Source: Octopus vulgaris (Eukaryota). From it: a DNA stretch of 64,000 nucleotides. The DNA lies in NCBI GenBank assembly GCA_951406725.2, contig OX597817.1:85250001-85314000 (forward strand). The letters run 5' to 3'. Made by a program: the position numbers and the translations under genes. Shown piece by piece: positions 25,876 to 38,771 of this stretch. Within the stretch, counting starts at the first letter, position 1. Each line of letters begins with the position of its first letter. The notes beneath the pieces are model-generated. The model was not told the DNA's origin. It searched no databases and saw nothing but the letters and a program-made list of their open reading frames with translations.

Positions 25876-26589
25876 TAAGCAGAAAATATATCTACAGAAA
25901 GTATCTTAATATTTTCGAATTTGGGAAAGAAGTTATTACTGAATCCTTGAACTGCAAAAGTTATACAGTATTATATGAAATAAGTTACACCAGTCAAGTT
26001 AAAATTGGTTTCTGTATAAATTTAATGCATTATCTAGATCACTGCATCACATGAAATCATATGATTCATTTATAATCAGAACAAGGACTTAAGTTTGTTG
26101 CAAAATACAAATCTTTGCATGTAGAATTTCATCTTTAGGGTATAAATTTAAATAGAATAGGAAATAGCATTTGAAAGGATTGCTGAATATTTCGACAAGA
26201 ATTTCAATTAATTGTTTTTAATTAAGATACAATCACGCAATAATTGAATTAACTCACTGTGATTTCTGTTAATGATAGAAGTCTTAATTATTCAAACTTT
26301 TCTCATGAAATAATCATGAACAAAAATTTTAATTAGTATTTTTGTGGAAATAATGATTGTCAATTCAAGGTAGTTAAACACTTTCTTAAAATTTGAAACT
26401 TGAAGACAAAGCAGTACAAAACTATGTTTATAATATCAAATGTCTTTCATATCCTTTACAAATGTGGTTTTCAATGTTTTTAGCTTTGACGTGCATAGGA
26501 TGTCAAATAAGAAGCTTTAGTGGCACACTTCATATGGAAATTTAGAAAAGAACAAACTATGTTTTAAAGTTTAAAAAGTTATTAAGAAT

Positions 26590-28682
26590 TATCTTCATTT
26601 AACATCTGCTTTCCATGATGGCAACAACTTTACAGAATGTACTGAATGCTTTTTATGTGCCACCATCACCAACAGACTTGACAGGTACCTTGCAAGACAA
26701 AGAGGGAGTAGTAGTTTTGAGTGGGTGGAGCTTTGTGCCCGTTGCGAGATTAAAGGTATAGAGGGACAGATATAAGTGTTTTGCTGAAAAGTAGATACAT
26801 GGATACTCCAACTGGAAAAGAAAGGTGAGTGACTTAGAAAGTAAGATAAAGATAGTGGTAGTGAGAGAGATGATGTTGAGGATGGGTGATTGGTGGAGAA
26901 AATAGGCAAGGGAAGATAATAGGAAACGGAAATAGTTTGGGGTGGGGGAAGAAAGGTAACTGAGTAAGCCGGTGGGGATGTAATATATGCCTATTCTGCT
27001 TTCAGGTTATAGAGAAGTGATGGGTGTTAGGGAATGAAATGTGGGAGGAAATAGTTGAAGGGGCAAGGAAGGTGGGAGTGGAGAAGAGCCCTTCATAGAC
27101 AAGCATTACCAATGTGGTTTTAAGATACCGATTCTGCTGTGTGGTTGGGTTTTTTTGTTTACAGCAAGACACCAGCTATCTCAGTCCTTTGTCATCTCCT
27201 TTGTAAGGTTCAGAGTTTTAAGATTGGCCTTCAGTACTTCCTTCCATGACTTCCTGCATCTCCCACTTTCACAAGTTCCATCCACAATGAGTGATTGGTT
27301 CTTCTTTATGCTGCTGTCTTCATCCATATGCATCACATGACTAAACCAGCATAGTTTCTCTTTTGCACATTGCATCTAATTCCTCTTATGCCTAGCTTAT
27401 CTCTCAGTACACTAGTGCTCTGTTGCACATGTACACTGGCATTGCGCATCCTGTGGAGAATATTAGTTCCTTGCACGTCCTTTGCATTCAGGGCTGATGT
27501 CTCACTACTATGTATTAATAGCATTGTTGTTCATGCACATGCATCATACAGTCTTCCTTTCACTTGGAGAGAGAGAGAGACCTTTAGTTGCCAACAGACG
27601 TAAAAGCTCTTTTATCTTTGTCTATCCTATTCTTATTCTAATAATTACAATTTTAGAACATCCTCCACTATTGCTAATTAAGTCCCCTAAGTAGCAAAAA
27701 TTATCCACTACCTCTAGGGAGCTTCTGGGGAATTTGAGAATATCAATTTCCTGTGTATCTGTAGATCTTACAGCTCCTGTACATCTTCCACATGCATACA
27801 CTGCTTTCTCTGTTAACCTTCCAATTATTCCACTGCACCTTTTGTGTGCCCATAGCTTGCACTGGGTACACTCAATGGATTTCCTGCCTATGTCTTTCCT
27901 ACATATTAAGTAGGGCCATTTACCTGATGGGGTATGGTCCTGTCCATTTTATTGCTTACTAGGACCTTAGTCTTTTCTAATTTAACATTAAGGCCCTTCA
28001 GTTCCAAGTTTTGCTTCCACACCTGGAACTTTTTTTCTAGTTCTGTTACAGATTCTGCTATGAGGCAAGATTATCAGAATATTATAGTTACAATGGGCAG
28101 TGAGTTTTAAATTCTTGTTATGGCCTGGAGAATGATGAGGAATAGGAGGGAGCTGAGGACCAGGCCTTGATAAACACCTACCTGTACACGAAGTTCATCA
28201 CTGTACTCATGAAAAACCATTACACATTCCTGTACATGGCCTTTACTGCTTTTACAAGCCATTCATCTATCCCTAGCTTCCCAGAGACCACCATATCACA
28301 GAAGAACGTACTCTGTCTAAGGATTTCGCCAGATCAACAAATGCCAAGTACAATGGCTTATTCTTAGCTAAATACTTCTCTTGTCATTGTCTGATAATGA
28401 AAATAGTGTCAGTAGTGCTTCTCCCCAACACAATGCCAAATTGCCTTTCATTTAGTCTAATTCTGTTCCTAATTAATTGGGCTATAACTCTCTCCATAAC
28501 TTTCATCACCTGGTCCAGCAATTTAATGCCCCTATAATTACTTCTATCTAAGGCATCTCCCTTGCCCTTGAAGCAGCTACTACACCAGTCACCAAGGTTT
28601 GCACCTTCCTGAATAACATGATTAACTATGCAGATGACTAGACTGTATCCTACTCTACCACTTATTTTAAGCATCTCAGCAG
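26590..28682 (-). mobile_element. RTE LINE, 5'-truncated, RT pseudogene with PHD-like insertion
   Basis: KGKGDALDRSNYRGIKLLDQVMKVMERV, GRSTTDTIF, DNFCYLGD, WFSHVMHM; long 3' UTR and tail. Confidence 0.85.
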
Positions 28683-28829
28683 AAAAATATAATAAACAAC
28701 TGTTTATTACATTTTGCTAATTTATTAATCATATTTGTGTCTAACAAATTTCTAAGTGGCATAATTTCAAGATATTCAAGAGTTAGTATGGATTTTCTAA
28801 AACCTGAAATTATATTTTTAAATAGCCAC

Positions 28830-31000
28830 AGTGCAGGTGTGGTTGTGTGGTTAAGAAGCTTGTTTCACAGCCATATAGGTTCTAGTTCAGTTCCATTATG
28901 CATTACCTGGGTCAAGTGTCTTCTACAATAGCTCTGAGCCAACCATAGTCTTGTGAATAGATTTGGTAAATGGAAATTGGTAGAAGTAGGTATCACTATG
29001 AATTTTTGAAAATATTTAAATGTAATTTTTACTGTAATTTTTCTTGGAGAGCATCTAAAAAGAAATATTTTGAAACTTCATTTGTAAAATTTGGGTGAAT
29101 ATTTTAGGAAATATAACAATTTGAATGGTCAGTAAATTGGTTGAAATCTTGGCTAATTAGCCTAAATGAATGATTAGTCATATTTGTGCTGTCATATCTT
29201 TGAAACTGAGATGATAATCATCTTCAAATTTCACAAATTATTAGTAACCATAGTATATCAGTTGCCTATTTTTTTTTCAGATTCTTGGAAAGAAAAATTT
29301 TTTTTTTTGGCAATTTTTAAAAATATTTATGTAAAATATACCTTGTTACATGTCACAAACTGTCAATTCCACTGTGTTTTCATACCTAGTTAAATCCAAA
29401 AGTACAAGTCACAGGGACTTGAGTTTTGGCACATTTGTAGGTGGTATGGAACTAAATATCTTGGAATATAACAGCATTTCATAAAATTTTAATGGACTAT
29501 TAAAAATGTCTATAGATGACAGAGTTTCAAATCATGATGCTCACATAAGTTAGATTTTCTCCCATTTTGACAGGGAGTTTTCCAATTAAAAAATTTTTTT
29601 TTTGCATCATGGTCTTGGAAATGATGTGGGGTAAGCATTTTATGAAAAAATTTTGGAAAATTTATAACTTTTTTCCCCCTTCCATCTCCCGCTCCTGCCG
29701 GACTGATTAGGACCAATTTTGTTTGTACTACACACTTAAAAATGATGGGAGAAGGCTTTTGGGCAAAAATTTATTTTTTAATTTGAAAATGTTTTCAAAT
29801 GAAAAGATTTGTGATTTAAGGGAGATTTGGCTATTGTTTCTAGCACAACCCACAACCACCAGATAACTTTCTCAGAATTGCATGTAGACCTAAGTTAAAA
29901 AGCAAACAAATCATGAAAACTAATTCCTTGCTTTAATCATTAAAAACAAATTAAAGGCAATAACAACCTCTGTAACTTACAGCAAACTCGTTAGTAGGAG
30001 AGCGAGAAAAGAAATCCAAAATGAATGTGTAAGCACTAACACAAATTATCCCAACTATTTTCAAAATCGGAAGAAGAGCATCACATCCGATTTTAATTGT
30101 CTATAAAATCATAGTCATTGCACAATATGATATTTTTATTGGAAGAATTTGACCAATATCTCTCAACGAAAAATTAAATGAAATATCCACTTGGTTTACC
30201 AAGTGGCTCTCCACATGTTTAAACAGAAAGAGGGAATAAACAACATTCTCAATAAAATGATTTTATACTAAGTTTGGGCTCTAGAAGACTTATTAAACTT
30301 AATTTAGTGCATTTTTTGTAGAAATATGTTTACTAGTTTGTCCATTTCTTGAAATTCTTGCTTGCTCAAGATTTGAAGTTTTGGGTTTGTATTCAGTTTT
30401 ACTTCTCACCACACATGAATATGTCAGTTCAGCAAGCAGGGTCAATATGCCACCATTTTTACTCACTTTGTACGTTTTTGTCATATTATGGCCAGAATTA
30501 TCAATGATTACATTGAATTTGTGAGATATTTTTCTTTTCTAAGCAAAAATTATCAATGAAATTTTCACTTTTCTATTTTGTAACTATTATCTGAACTATT
30601 CCTGTCGATTTTTATATCAAAATGAAGTGAAGACCATCCTCTTTATGAGAGTTTGATTTTTAATACAACTCAGGTTATGGCATTCAAGTGCATTGGATTA
30701 GAATGAGGGCTACTGTTCAGTAGACAAAAAAACAAAAAAAAAACAGGACAAACTTTGTAAATGCATAGAAATACCAAGGTGTTTGAGGGACCCTGACATG
30801 ATATATAATTGTTGGATTTTAATTAAACCTATATGAAAAGAAGGTTCCCATCTTGAACTTTCAAATGATATGTAATTTTCCTCAGAAAATATTTACTTTG
30901 ACATGAAAATGTTAATGTAAAAAGTGTCTTTTTATGTGTTCAAACTGTGCTTGTCTCCATTGTATAGTGTTCTCTAGTGATACCTAGTAGAAGCCTGTCA
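28830..31000 (+). mobile_element. CORE-type SINE (28830-28986 plus 30987-~31000) split by a DNA transposon
   Basis: Family sequence ...ggaaattggtagaag | gtagaagcctgtca... resumes after the 2-kb insert. Confidence 0.7.
28987..30986. mobile_element. Non-autonomous TIR DNA transposon, 2000 bp, superfamily unassigned
   Basis: Perfect 12-bp TIR TAGGTATCACTA / TAGTGATACCTA; TSD gtagaag at 28980-28986 and 30987-30993. Confidence 0.8.
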
Positions 31001-31068
31001 TACATATGCATGTGTGTATGTATATGCATGTGTGTGTATATGCATGTGTGTGATTGTGCTTGTATATA

Positions 31069-31120
<52 letters not shown>

Positions 31121-31123
<3 letters not shown>

Positions 31124-32880
31124 TCATCATCATTTAGCATTCATTGTCCATGCTGGTAAGCTGGAAGGCTGCACCAGACTCCAGTCAGATTCAGCATGGT
31201 TTCTATGGCTGGATGGTCACCCTAACACCAACCACTCCTAGAATGTAAGGGTGCTTTAATGTGCCACCATAGTGGGTACCAGTTACGTGACACCAGCATC
31301 AGCTACAACTATGATTTCCCTTGGCTTGATGGGTCTTCTCAAACATATTACCAAAGGTCTTGGTCACTCGTCATTGCCTTTGTGAGGTCCAAAGTTTGAA
31401 GATCATGCTTCACCACTTTGTCCCATATCTTCATGGGTCTACCTCTACCACAGGTTCCCTCCACAGTTAGAGATTGGTGCTTCTTTACACAGCTGTCCTC
31501 ATCCATGCACCTCATATGACCATACTAGTGCAGTCGTCTCTCTTACACACCACATCTGATACCTCTTATACCCAACTTTTCTGTCAAGTTGCTTACACAC
31601 TGTTGAACATGCACAGTGACATTGCACATCAAGCAAAGCATACTAGCTTCATTTCTTTGAAGCCTATGGATGTCTTTGGCTGTCACAGTCCATGTTTCAC
31701 TGCCGTGTAGCATAGCTGTTTGTACACAAGTATCATACAATCTACCTTTCATCTTGAGGGAGAGGCCCTTTGTTGCCAGCATAGGTAGGAGCTCTCTGAA
31801 CTTTGCCCAGCCTAATCTTATTCTCACAGCTATGCTCCCGGAGCATCCACCTCCACTACTGACATGGTCACCTAGATAACAGAAGCTATCAACTACCTCT
31901 AGCTTACCCCACTGGCAGTTGATGGAGTCTATTTTCTGTACATTTGCGGTGTTTATTGTAGCTGTGCATCTCCCGCACACAAAAGCTATTTTCCTTGTTA
32001 ACCTTCCTCTGATATTGCTGCACTTTTTATGTGTCCATAGCTTTCACTGAGTATGTCTTATGGAGTTTCTACGCCTTTTCTACAGATCGAGCAGGACCAT
32101 CTACCTGAAGGGATTTGTGATTTGTCTACATTCCTACTTACTAAGACATTAATTTTTGTAAGATTAACTCTTAGGCCCTTTGATTCTAGACCTTTCTTCC
32201 ATACCTGAAACTACTCTAGTTCTGGTGGTGATTCAGCAATAAGAACACGGTCACCAGCATAGAGGAGCTCCAAGGAGCAGCCCATCTTGAATTGCTCTGT
32301 TATTACCTGGAGGACTATGATGAACAAGAGGGGGCTGATGACTGATCTCTGGTGAACCCCTACTTGTATCCTGAATTTTTTGTTCTACTCATTGCCAACC
32401 CTCACCTTACTTGTAGCATCCCTGTACATGGCTTATATAGCTCTCAACCAACCACTCATCTATCCCTAGTTTCTGCATTGACCACCAGATAAAGGAGCAG
32501 GGGTCCCTGTCAAAGGCTTTCTCCAAGTCAACAAAAGCCAAGTACAGAGATTTATCTTCAGCTATGTATTTTTCCTGCAGCTGCCTTACCAGAGATATAG
32601 CATCAGTGATGCGTCTCCTTGGCACAAAACCAAATTACATCTCATCTAGACTAACTCTCTCCCTAATTAGTTGGGCTATGATCCTCTCTGTAACCTTCAT
32701 CACCTGATCCAACAATTTGATACTTCTGTACTTATTTCTAAGGCATCACCTTTACCTTTGTAGCAGTTGACTATGGTGCTGCTACACCAGTCATTGGTTT
32801 TGACTCCTTCATGAACCACCTAATTTACAATATGGGTGAGTAGACCATAACCCACACTGCCAGATATTTTAAGCATCCCA
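31121..32880 (-). mobile_element. RTE LINE, 5'-truncated, RT pseudogene with PHD-like insertion and (GAT)n tail
   Basis: LAFVDLEKAFDR, ELLYAGD (YADD-derived), LEVVDSFCYLGD, AMLHGSETW; tail abuts (TA)n. Confidence 0.9.
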
Positions 32881-34034
32881 GCAGTGATTCCTGATGGGCC
32901 AGGAGCTTTCCATATCTTCATATATACATGTGTGTGTGTGTATGTATGTGTGTGTGTGTGTGTGCATATGTATGTATTCATGTATGTATGTATGTGTTTG
33001 TGTGTACATCACATGATGGTTATAAACAAGCATTATTATCATAGAAATAATGTTTTTTTTTTCCAAACTTCTGTGAAAAACATTCTTGGACATGGAGTAA
33101 TATGATTTTGCTTGGAAGTCGATGACATGAAAGGTATTAGTCTATAACAAATCTGCCTCAACAAATTCCATCTGATTCATGCATACAAGGAAAAGAGGAC
33201 ATTAAAACGATGATGATGAGTGCTCCTAGATATCCCTTTAGGTGCACCAGTATGTTGCAGCACACCATTTGAGAATTACTGCTTTATAGGTCTGGCACTG
33301 AGGGAAACATATAGTCAACTGAATTGCTCCTAGTATTTAATGAGATATTATTTGATTTTATGGACCATTGATGGGTTAAAAGCAATGATCAAGATGTTGG
33401 ATTATTGAATGAAGCTCACCAGTTCACATTCTGAAACTGTAAGGACAGCATACACTTACCTTCATTCAAATAATATAACTGAAAATAAAGTTGACTTCTT
33501 GCTAAGTTATCTTCATTAGAAGGATAATGTTTAAAGGGTAGAGTAACTTAATGACTCTATCATAAAGCTTATTTTGGTAATCAAAGAAGGATAAAAGGTA
33601 GAAGATATAACTTCGGTAGGATTTGAACACAGAAATTTGAGAAGCAAAACTGAGTATTGTTAGCAAATGAAAATTTCAGATTATATTTGTGTCATTTACT
33701 TTGAAGTTAATTTTATAATAAATAGGAAACATTATAAACATTTATAACTTTATCAAGGATATTTATGACATAAATGAAATGGTTTGAAGTTGGAATAAAT
33801 ATTAAGCTGCTGATTCAGTTCACAGTAGCTATGGCTTCATAAATTAATTCTTGCATGAAGGTTTGAGATCATTGCTATTTGAATTATCTTCTCCATTTGC
33901 TCTGACTGGGAATGAAAACTAGATTACAGACTTGGTTCATCAAAACTTCACTGCTGCTTCTTAGCAAACGAGGTCAGACATTGAAAGAAGGGATGTAATC
34001 AGTTTAATTGGCTCTAACATATCATGAATCAGGA

Positions 34035-34450
34035 TCATCATCATCTTAATATGTTCTTTCTCATGTTTGCATAGGTCAGAGAGAATTTGTTAAAGCAAAT
34101 TTTCTATGGTTAGATGCCCTTCCTGTTGCCAACCCTCACTTATTTACAAGCAGTTTAATATATTCTCCTGACTGGGCATGTTTTCACAGAAGAGTGATAA
34201 TGAATGATACTGCTTGTATGACAGTGATACTTGTTTATAGCTATCATTTAATGTCATATAAGGAAATAAATACACACACACACACACACAATTGTTCCAT
34301 ATAGTCTGTTTACCAAATCCACCCAAAATTGTTCAGTTGGCTTGGGTTACTGAAGCAGACACCTATCTAAGTTGCCACACTGAAGAACTCAGCCCAGAAC
34401 CACATGATCAGAAAGTGAATTTTTCAACCACATTGCTATGCCTGTGCCTA
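34035..34450 (-). mobile_element. tRNA/CORE-type SINE with RTE-derived tail
   Basis: gatgcccttcctgttgccaaccctcac tail region and ccacattgctatgcctgtgcct head. Confidence 0.65.
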
Positions 34451-35279
34451 AACATTATAATTTATTCTAAGATCTGTTACATTAACATTAGAAAAGTAGG
34501 CTTTCAATTTTAGCCTTTATTTTATGATCCAGAGACCATAATTATGCTGTTCTTATTCTGTTTTTATCAAACATTACACATGTTATACAAGCCTTTGATT
34601 TGTGATAAACTTTCACTTAAACATCAGAAACTTAAACAACTGACTCTTTGATAGACTTGAAAGCAACACCATTCTCTTTTTAAGGCAGACTAACTGACAA
34701 TTGGATACTAAGAAAATGTGTGAAATATTCTAATGAGAATATTTGTCAGGAGAGAGAATTAAAGAGAGGCACCATGCAATAATTATCTGTAATATATTTT
34801 AGAAGGAAATTATTTATGGAGTCTACATCCATTAAAAGAAAATATTGATGCATTCTAGGTAATTTAATAAGGATGCTTTATCAGATTGGTCTTTTCTATC
34901 AGTTCCACTATGTTCAATAGACATCCTGTCTCTTTATTATGCTTCTCATCAGTTATTATCATCATTAGAAATGACAGCCACAATGTATTTAAAAATATAT
35001 ATATTTAGAAGATGATTTTTGTAATTTGTCTTACTGGACCAATCTGCTTATCATTATTTATATCCCTCTATCAGTAAGTACATATTTTGTTTTACATGTG
35101 TTCTGGTGGTGTAAATCAAGGCTTTCCTCTCAGCCCCTTTCGGTATATTATAGTCCTCTAGGCCTTAAGTGAGGAATTAGACTGGTTGCCCAATGGAATT
35201 CTTGCATGACAATGATTAAGCTCTTATAATAAAATAAGTCAAAGATACAGGGAGGAAATTCAAAATTGTACAGTCAAAA

Positions 35280-35450
35280 AGCACAGACACAGATGGTTAA
35301 GAAGTTTTCTTCCCAACTGGGTGGTTTTGGGTTCAGTCCAACTACATGGCACCTTGGCACCTTGGATAAGTGTCTACTTCTATACCCCTTGGTCAACCAA
35401 TGCCTTGAGTGTGAATGTGGTAGACAAAACCTGTGTGTAAACCCATTGTA
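35280..35450 (+). mobile_element. CORE-type SINE 5' fragment
   Basis: ggttaagaagttttcttcccaac..gggttcagtcc..ccttggataagtgtctac. Confidence 0.6.
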
Positions 35451-35486
35451 CATGCACACACACATGCTTATCTTTACATATATGTA

Positions 35487-35789
35487 TATCACCGTGACCG
35501 ACCAGGCTATCAGATGTTGCTACACATCGCTGGTCACAATGCGCTTCGCATTGTTTTAGCCTTCAAATGACGCCACCCCGCTGGCTAAGCGAGCAGGCCT
35601 ATAGAAGAAAGAGTGAAAGTTGTGCCGAAAGAGTACAGCAGCGATCGCCACTACCCCCTGCCGGAGCCTCATGGAGCTTTAGGTGTTTTTGCTCAATAAA
35701 CACTTACAACACCCAGTCTGGGAATCGAAACCGCGATCCTACAACCGTGAGTCTGCTGCCCTAACCACTGGGTCATTGCGCCTCCACAC

Positions 35790-35790
<1 letters not shown>
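35487..35790 (-). mobile_element. tRNA-derived SINE (possibly octopus OR-type), near full length
   Basis: Minus strand gtggaggcgcaatgacccagtggttagggc...ggtttcgattccc gives A/B boxes; body shared with 6385-6657. Confidence 0.75.
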
Positions 35791-35826
<36 letters not shown>

Positions 35827-35831
35827 TTAAT

Positions 35832-35879
<48 letters not shown>

Positions 35880-35883
<4 letters not shown>

Positions 35884-36012
35884 TCATTTAACATCCATTT
35901 TCCATACTAGCAAGGGTTGGATGGTTTGACTGAAAACTGGTAAGCTGGGGAGCTGCACCAGGTTCCAATCTGATTTGGCAAGGTTTCTACAACTGGATGC
36001 CCTTCCTAATGT
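35880..36012 (-). mobile_element. Short RTE 3' tail embedded in (TA)n
   Basis: tcatcatttaacatccattttccat...ggatgcccttcctaatg with TA repeats on both sides. Confidence 0.7.
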
Positions 36013-37104
36013 CTATATATATATGTGTGTGTGTGTGTGTTAATGTATATATGTAAGCATGTGTGTATGTATGTGTTTATGTATATATGTATGCATGTGT
36101 GCATGTGTGTGTGTCTTTGTGTTTGTCCTGATACTGCTTGACAACTGCTTGACTTGTTTACATCCCTACATCTTAGTAACTCAACAAAAAGACACCAACT
36201 GAATAAGTACTAGGTTTAAAAAGAATAAAAGATTCTTTAAATTAGACAAGAAAATTTATTTAAATTATATTTAAAAAAGAATAAGTACTGAGGCAATTTC
36301 TTCAACCTGATGGGTGCCCTATCATGGCTCTAGTCTAGTCTTTGAAACAAGTAAAAGAATGAAATAAACCTTAGCAAAGACTAGTATTTCAGTTAGCAGG
36401 CACAAGACAAGATCCTACTGCCATTAAGGAATTGCCTATATTCGATGTGTAGTCAAAAAGTTGGCTGGTATTCCATACATTGTTCCATTGTAAACAATGG
36501 ATGCACAAGATCTATTGTAAGATGACAAACAGGATATCTGGGAAGGCAGACTACCAAAGGAACAAGAATAGTTAGCAGTTAAGAGTCGTCTCATTATGTA
36601 TCATACATTTTTGCCACATGCTAATGACACAACAACAAAAGTCTTCACAATGAAGCACAAGTTCTGTCAGATGATGCTATAGCAGAACTTTGTTCTGACT
36701 TTCTCATTGTGTTTTCTTGGCAGAGATATTGGAGTGGTTTGCCATTGTCTTCCCCATCTAGGTGGTTGTTGGCCCACAAGTTCATCTACCCTTCAATACA
36801 TCTTGTTTTTAGTCTTGTCAGGTATTCAAACACCCTCCTCACAAGTGTAGCAAGTTACTCAAGTGTGCGAGCTGGTTTAGTCATCAACCACTCAACCATG
36901 AAACAGGTACCACTGGTTTAGATGGTACCAGTAGTAGGTCTCATCAGCCTGTAATGATATTCCTGACCTGAGTGAAAGCCAAGAGAAGATGAGATTAATT
37001 TCCAAATGCTTGGAAAACTCCCTAAAAGTAGATGATAGCTTTTGATGCCTAGATAACCTAATTAATAGTGGAGGTGAGTGTTCCAGAAGCAGAGTTACCT
37101 GAAT

Positions 37105-37460
37105 ATTGTTGGCATCCTTTTTGTCTCGGGAGACAATGGAGTTGTGCATAAAATAGTCCAGTCTGGCTTTTACATTTCATATCCTGATACACTTTCTGCT
37201 GTGGCTGTGTAGTCCTATCCTGGACAAACACTCCCTCTGGCAGGTACCACAAATGTAGCGAAGACTGTTCCTGGCTGGTTGTAATGTCATAGTTTCTTGT
37301 TGACGTCTTTTCTTGTCTTTCCATTTCTCCTCTCTCTCTCTGTCACTCCTTTGTATTCCCTATTTTACGGTACGTTGCCAATCTCTACGGTTGCTGGCAA
37401 TTGCTTCCCAACCGCTAATATTGATGTTGCAGGCCTTCATATCCCTTTTGCAAACATCCT
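37105..37460 (-). mobile_element. 3' end of a second RTE family
   Basis: DVCKRDMKACNINISGWEAIASNRRDW motif; 3' terminus ccattgtctcccgagacaaaaaggatgccaac. Confidence 0.65.
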
Positions 37461-38176
37461 GAATAAAATTGGGGCATATAATATTCAAAAAATTATTACC
37501 TCTACTGGCAACAAAGTATTTCTCTCTTAGAGTAAAAGGCAAATTGCACAATCATTATTTATAAGGTGCAATGCTGGATAGTTTTGAAATTTCACCATAA
37601 GATTCTTCTCATTAGGCTCTTTCATTTGAATACAACTGTTGTATTGTTTACTTTTACTATAGCTGAGATATTTTGATTCAAAATCAGTTTTGTGGTTACC
37701 ATTTTTTTTTGTCACTTAAAGCTACCCTGTTCTTTTTGTAGCTAATACTTTTTAACAAGGTTTTCATCAAAAGATACTTCTTAATGAGCATGTTCTTTTA
37801 AACCCAATTAATTTATACTTTGCTTTTAAAATAACTGATGTGTTTTGATTCAAGTCAAACTTTTGCCTCACTCTCCCATTTTTGACTTAACTTTCTTTTT
37901 AATGAACCAAATCTCAATTATTTTATCTCAAAATGTAGCTTAGGACTGGATCATCATTGCTAAAAAAAAATTACATTCAATTTGGTTGTGCCTTTTAATA
38001 TACAATTTGCTCTATAGTATTGCATTATCTAAATATTATCTTCTTAGTTGGGGGAATAATAGAGAATGTTACATCTATAAAATGTCTCTTTCGCTATGAT
38101 TTTTTGCTTTATTTGTGTGTGTTCATACTTAAATATTTTTCTCTCTTTCTCTTTAGTTAGTTTTCCTTGATTACTG

Positions 38177-38455
38177 TGTTATAAACCCAAACTGTAATAT
38201 CTAAGTTTAAAAGGTTTAATCATCTAAAAAATACAATAATCTATAGTACAAACAAAGATTGTTAAATTATAAGCAAAACTACACTTCAACACAATAATAG
38301 CTTTATGCAGCAAGTTGCTACAGTCTTGACTAACTAAAAACGAGCACTGAACACGTTGTGCCATAAACAGAACAGAACTCTGAACAGTTGCACTGTAGGC
38401 AAATAACAGAAATCGAGACAATCAAAGTCACGTGATCAAAACTAAAATCACAACA
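38177..38455 (-). repeat. Putative 3' LTR of the Gypsy element (279 bp)
   Basis: Polypurine tract aggagggaaaaa (38467-38456) directly followed by TGTTG; ends ATAACA; ATTAAA ~40 nt before the end. Confidence 0.6.
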
Positions 38456-38539
38456 TTTTTCCCTCCTAAAAAAAAAAGAACAATTAACCAACAAAATACA
38501 AACATAACCGTGAGTCAATCATGGTTATGTTTGGCTAAT

Positions 38540-38771
38540 AAGGCGGCGAGCTGGCAGAATCGTTAGCACGCCGGGCGAAATGCTTAGCGGTATTTCGTCT
38601 GCGTTACGTTGTGAGTTCAAATTCCGCTGAGGTCGACTTTGCCTTTCATCCTTTCTGGGTCGATAAATTAAGTACCAGTTACGCACTGGGGTCGATGTAA
38701 TCAACTTAATACCTATGTCTGTCCTTGTTTGTCCCCTCTGTGTTTAGCCCCTTGTGGGTAATAAAGAAATA
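38540..38771 (+). mobile_element. Young full-length tRNA-derived SINE (Meta/MESC-like domain) with 17-bp TSD
   Basis: A box tggcagaatcg, B box gttcaaattcc, central gcctttcatcctttctgggtcgataaattaagtacc; TSD ggttatgtttggctaat at 38523-38539 and 38772-38788. Confidence 0.9.
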
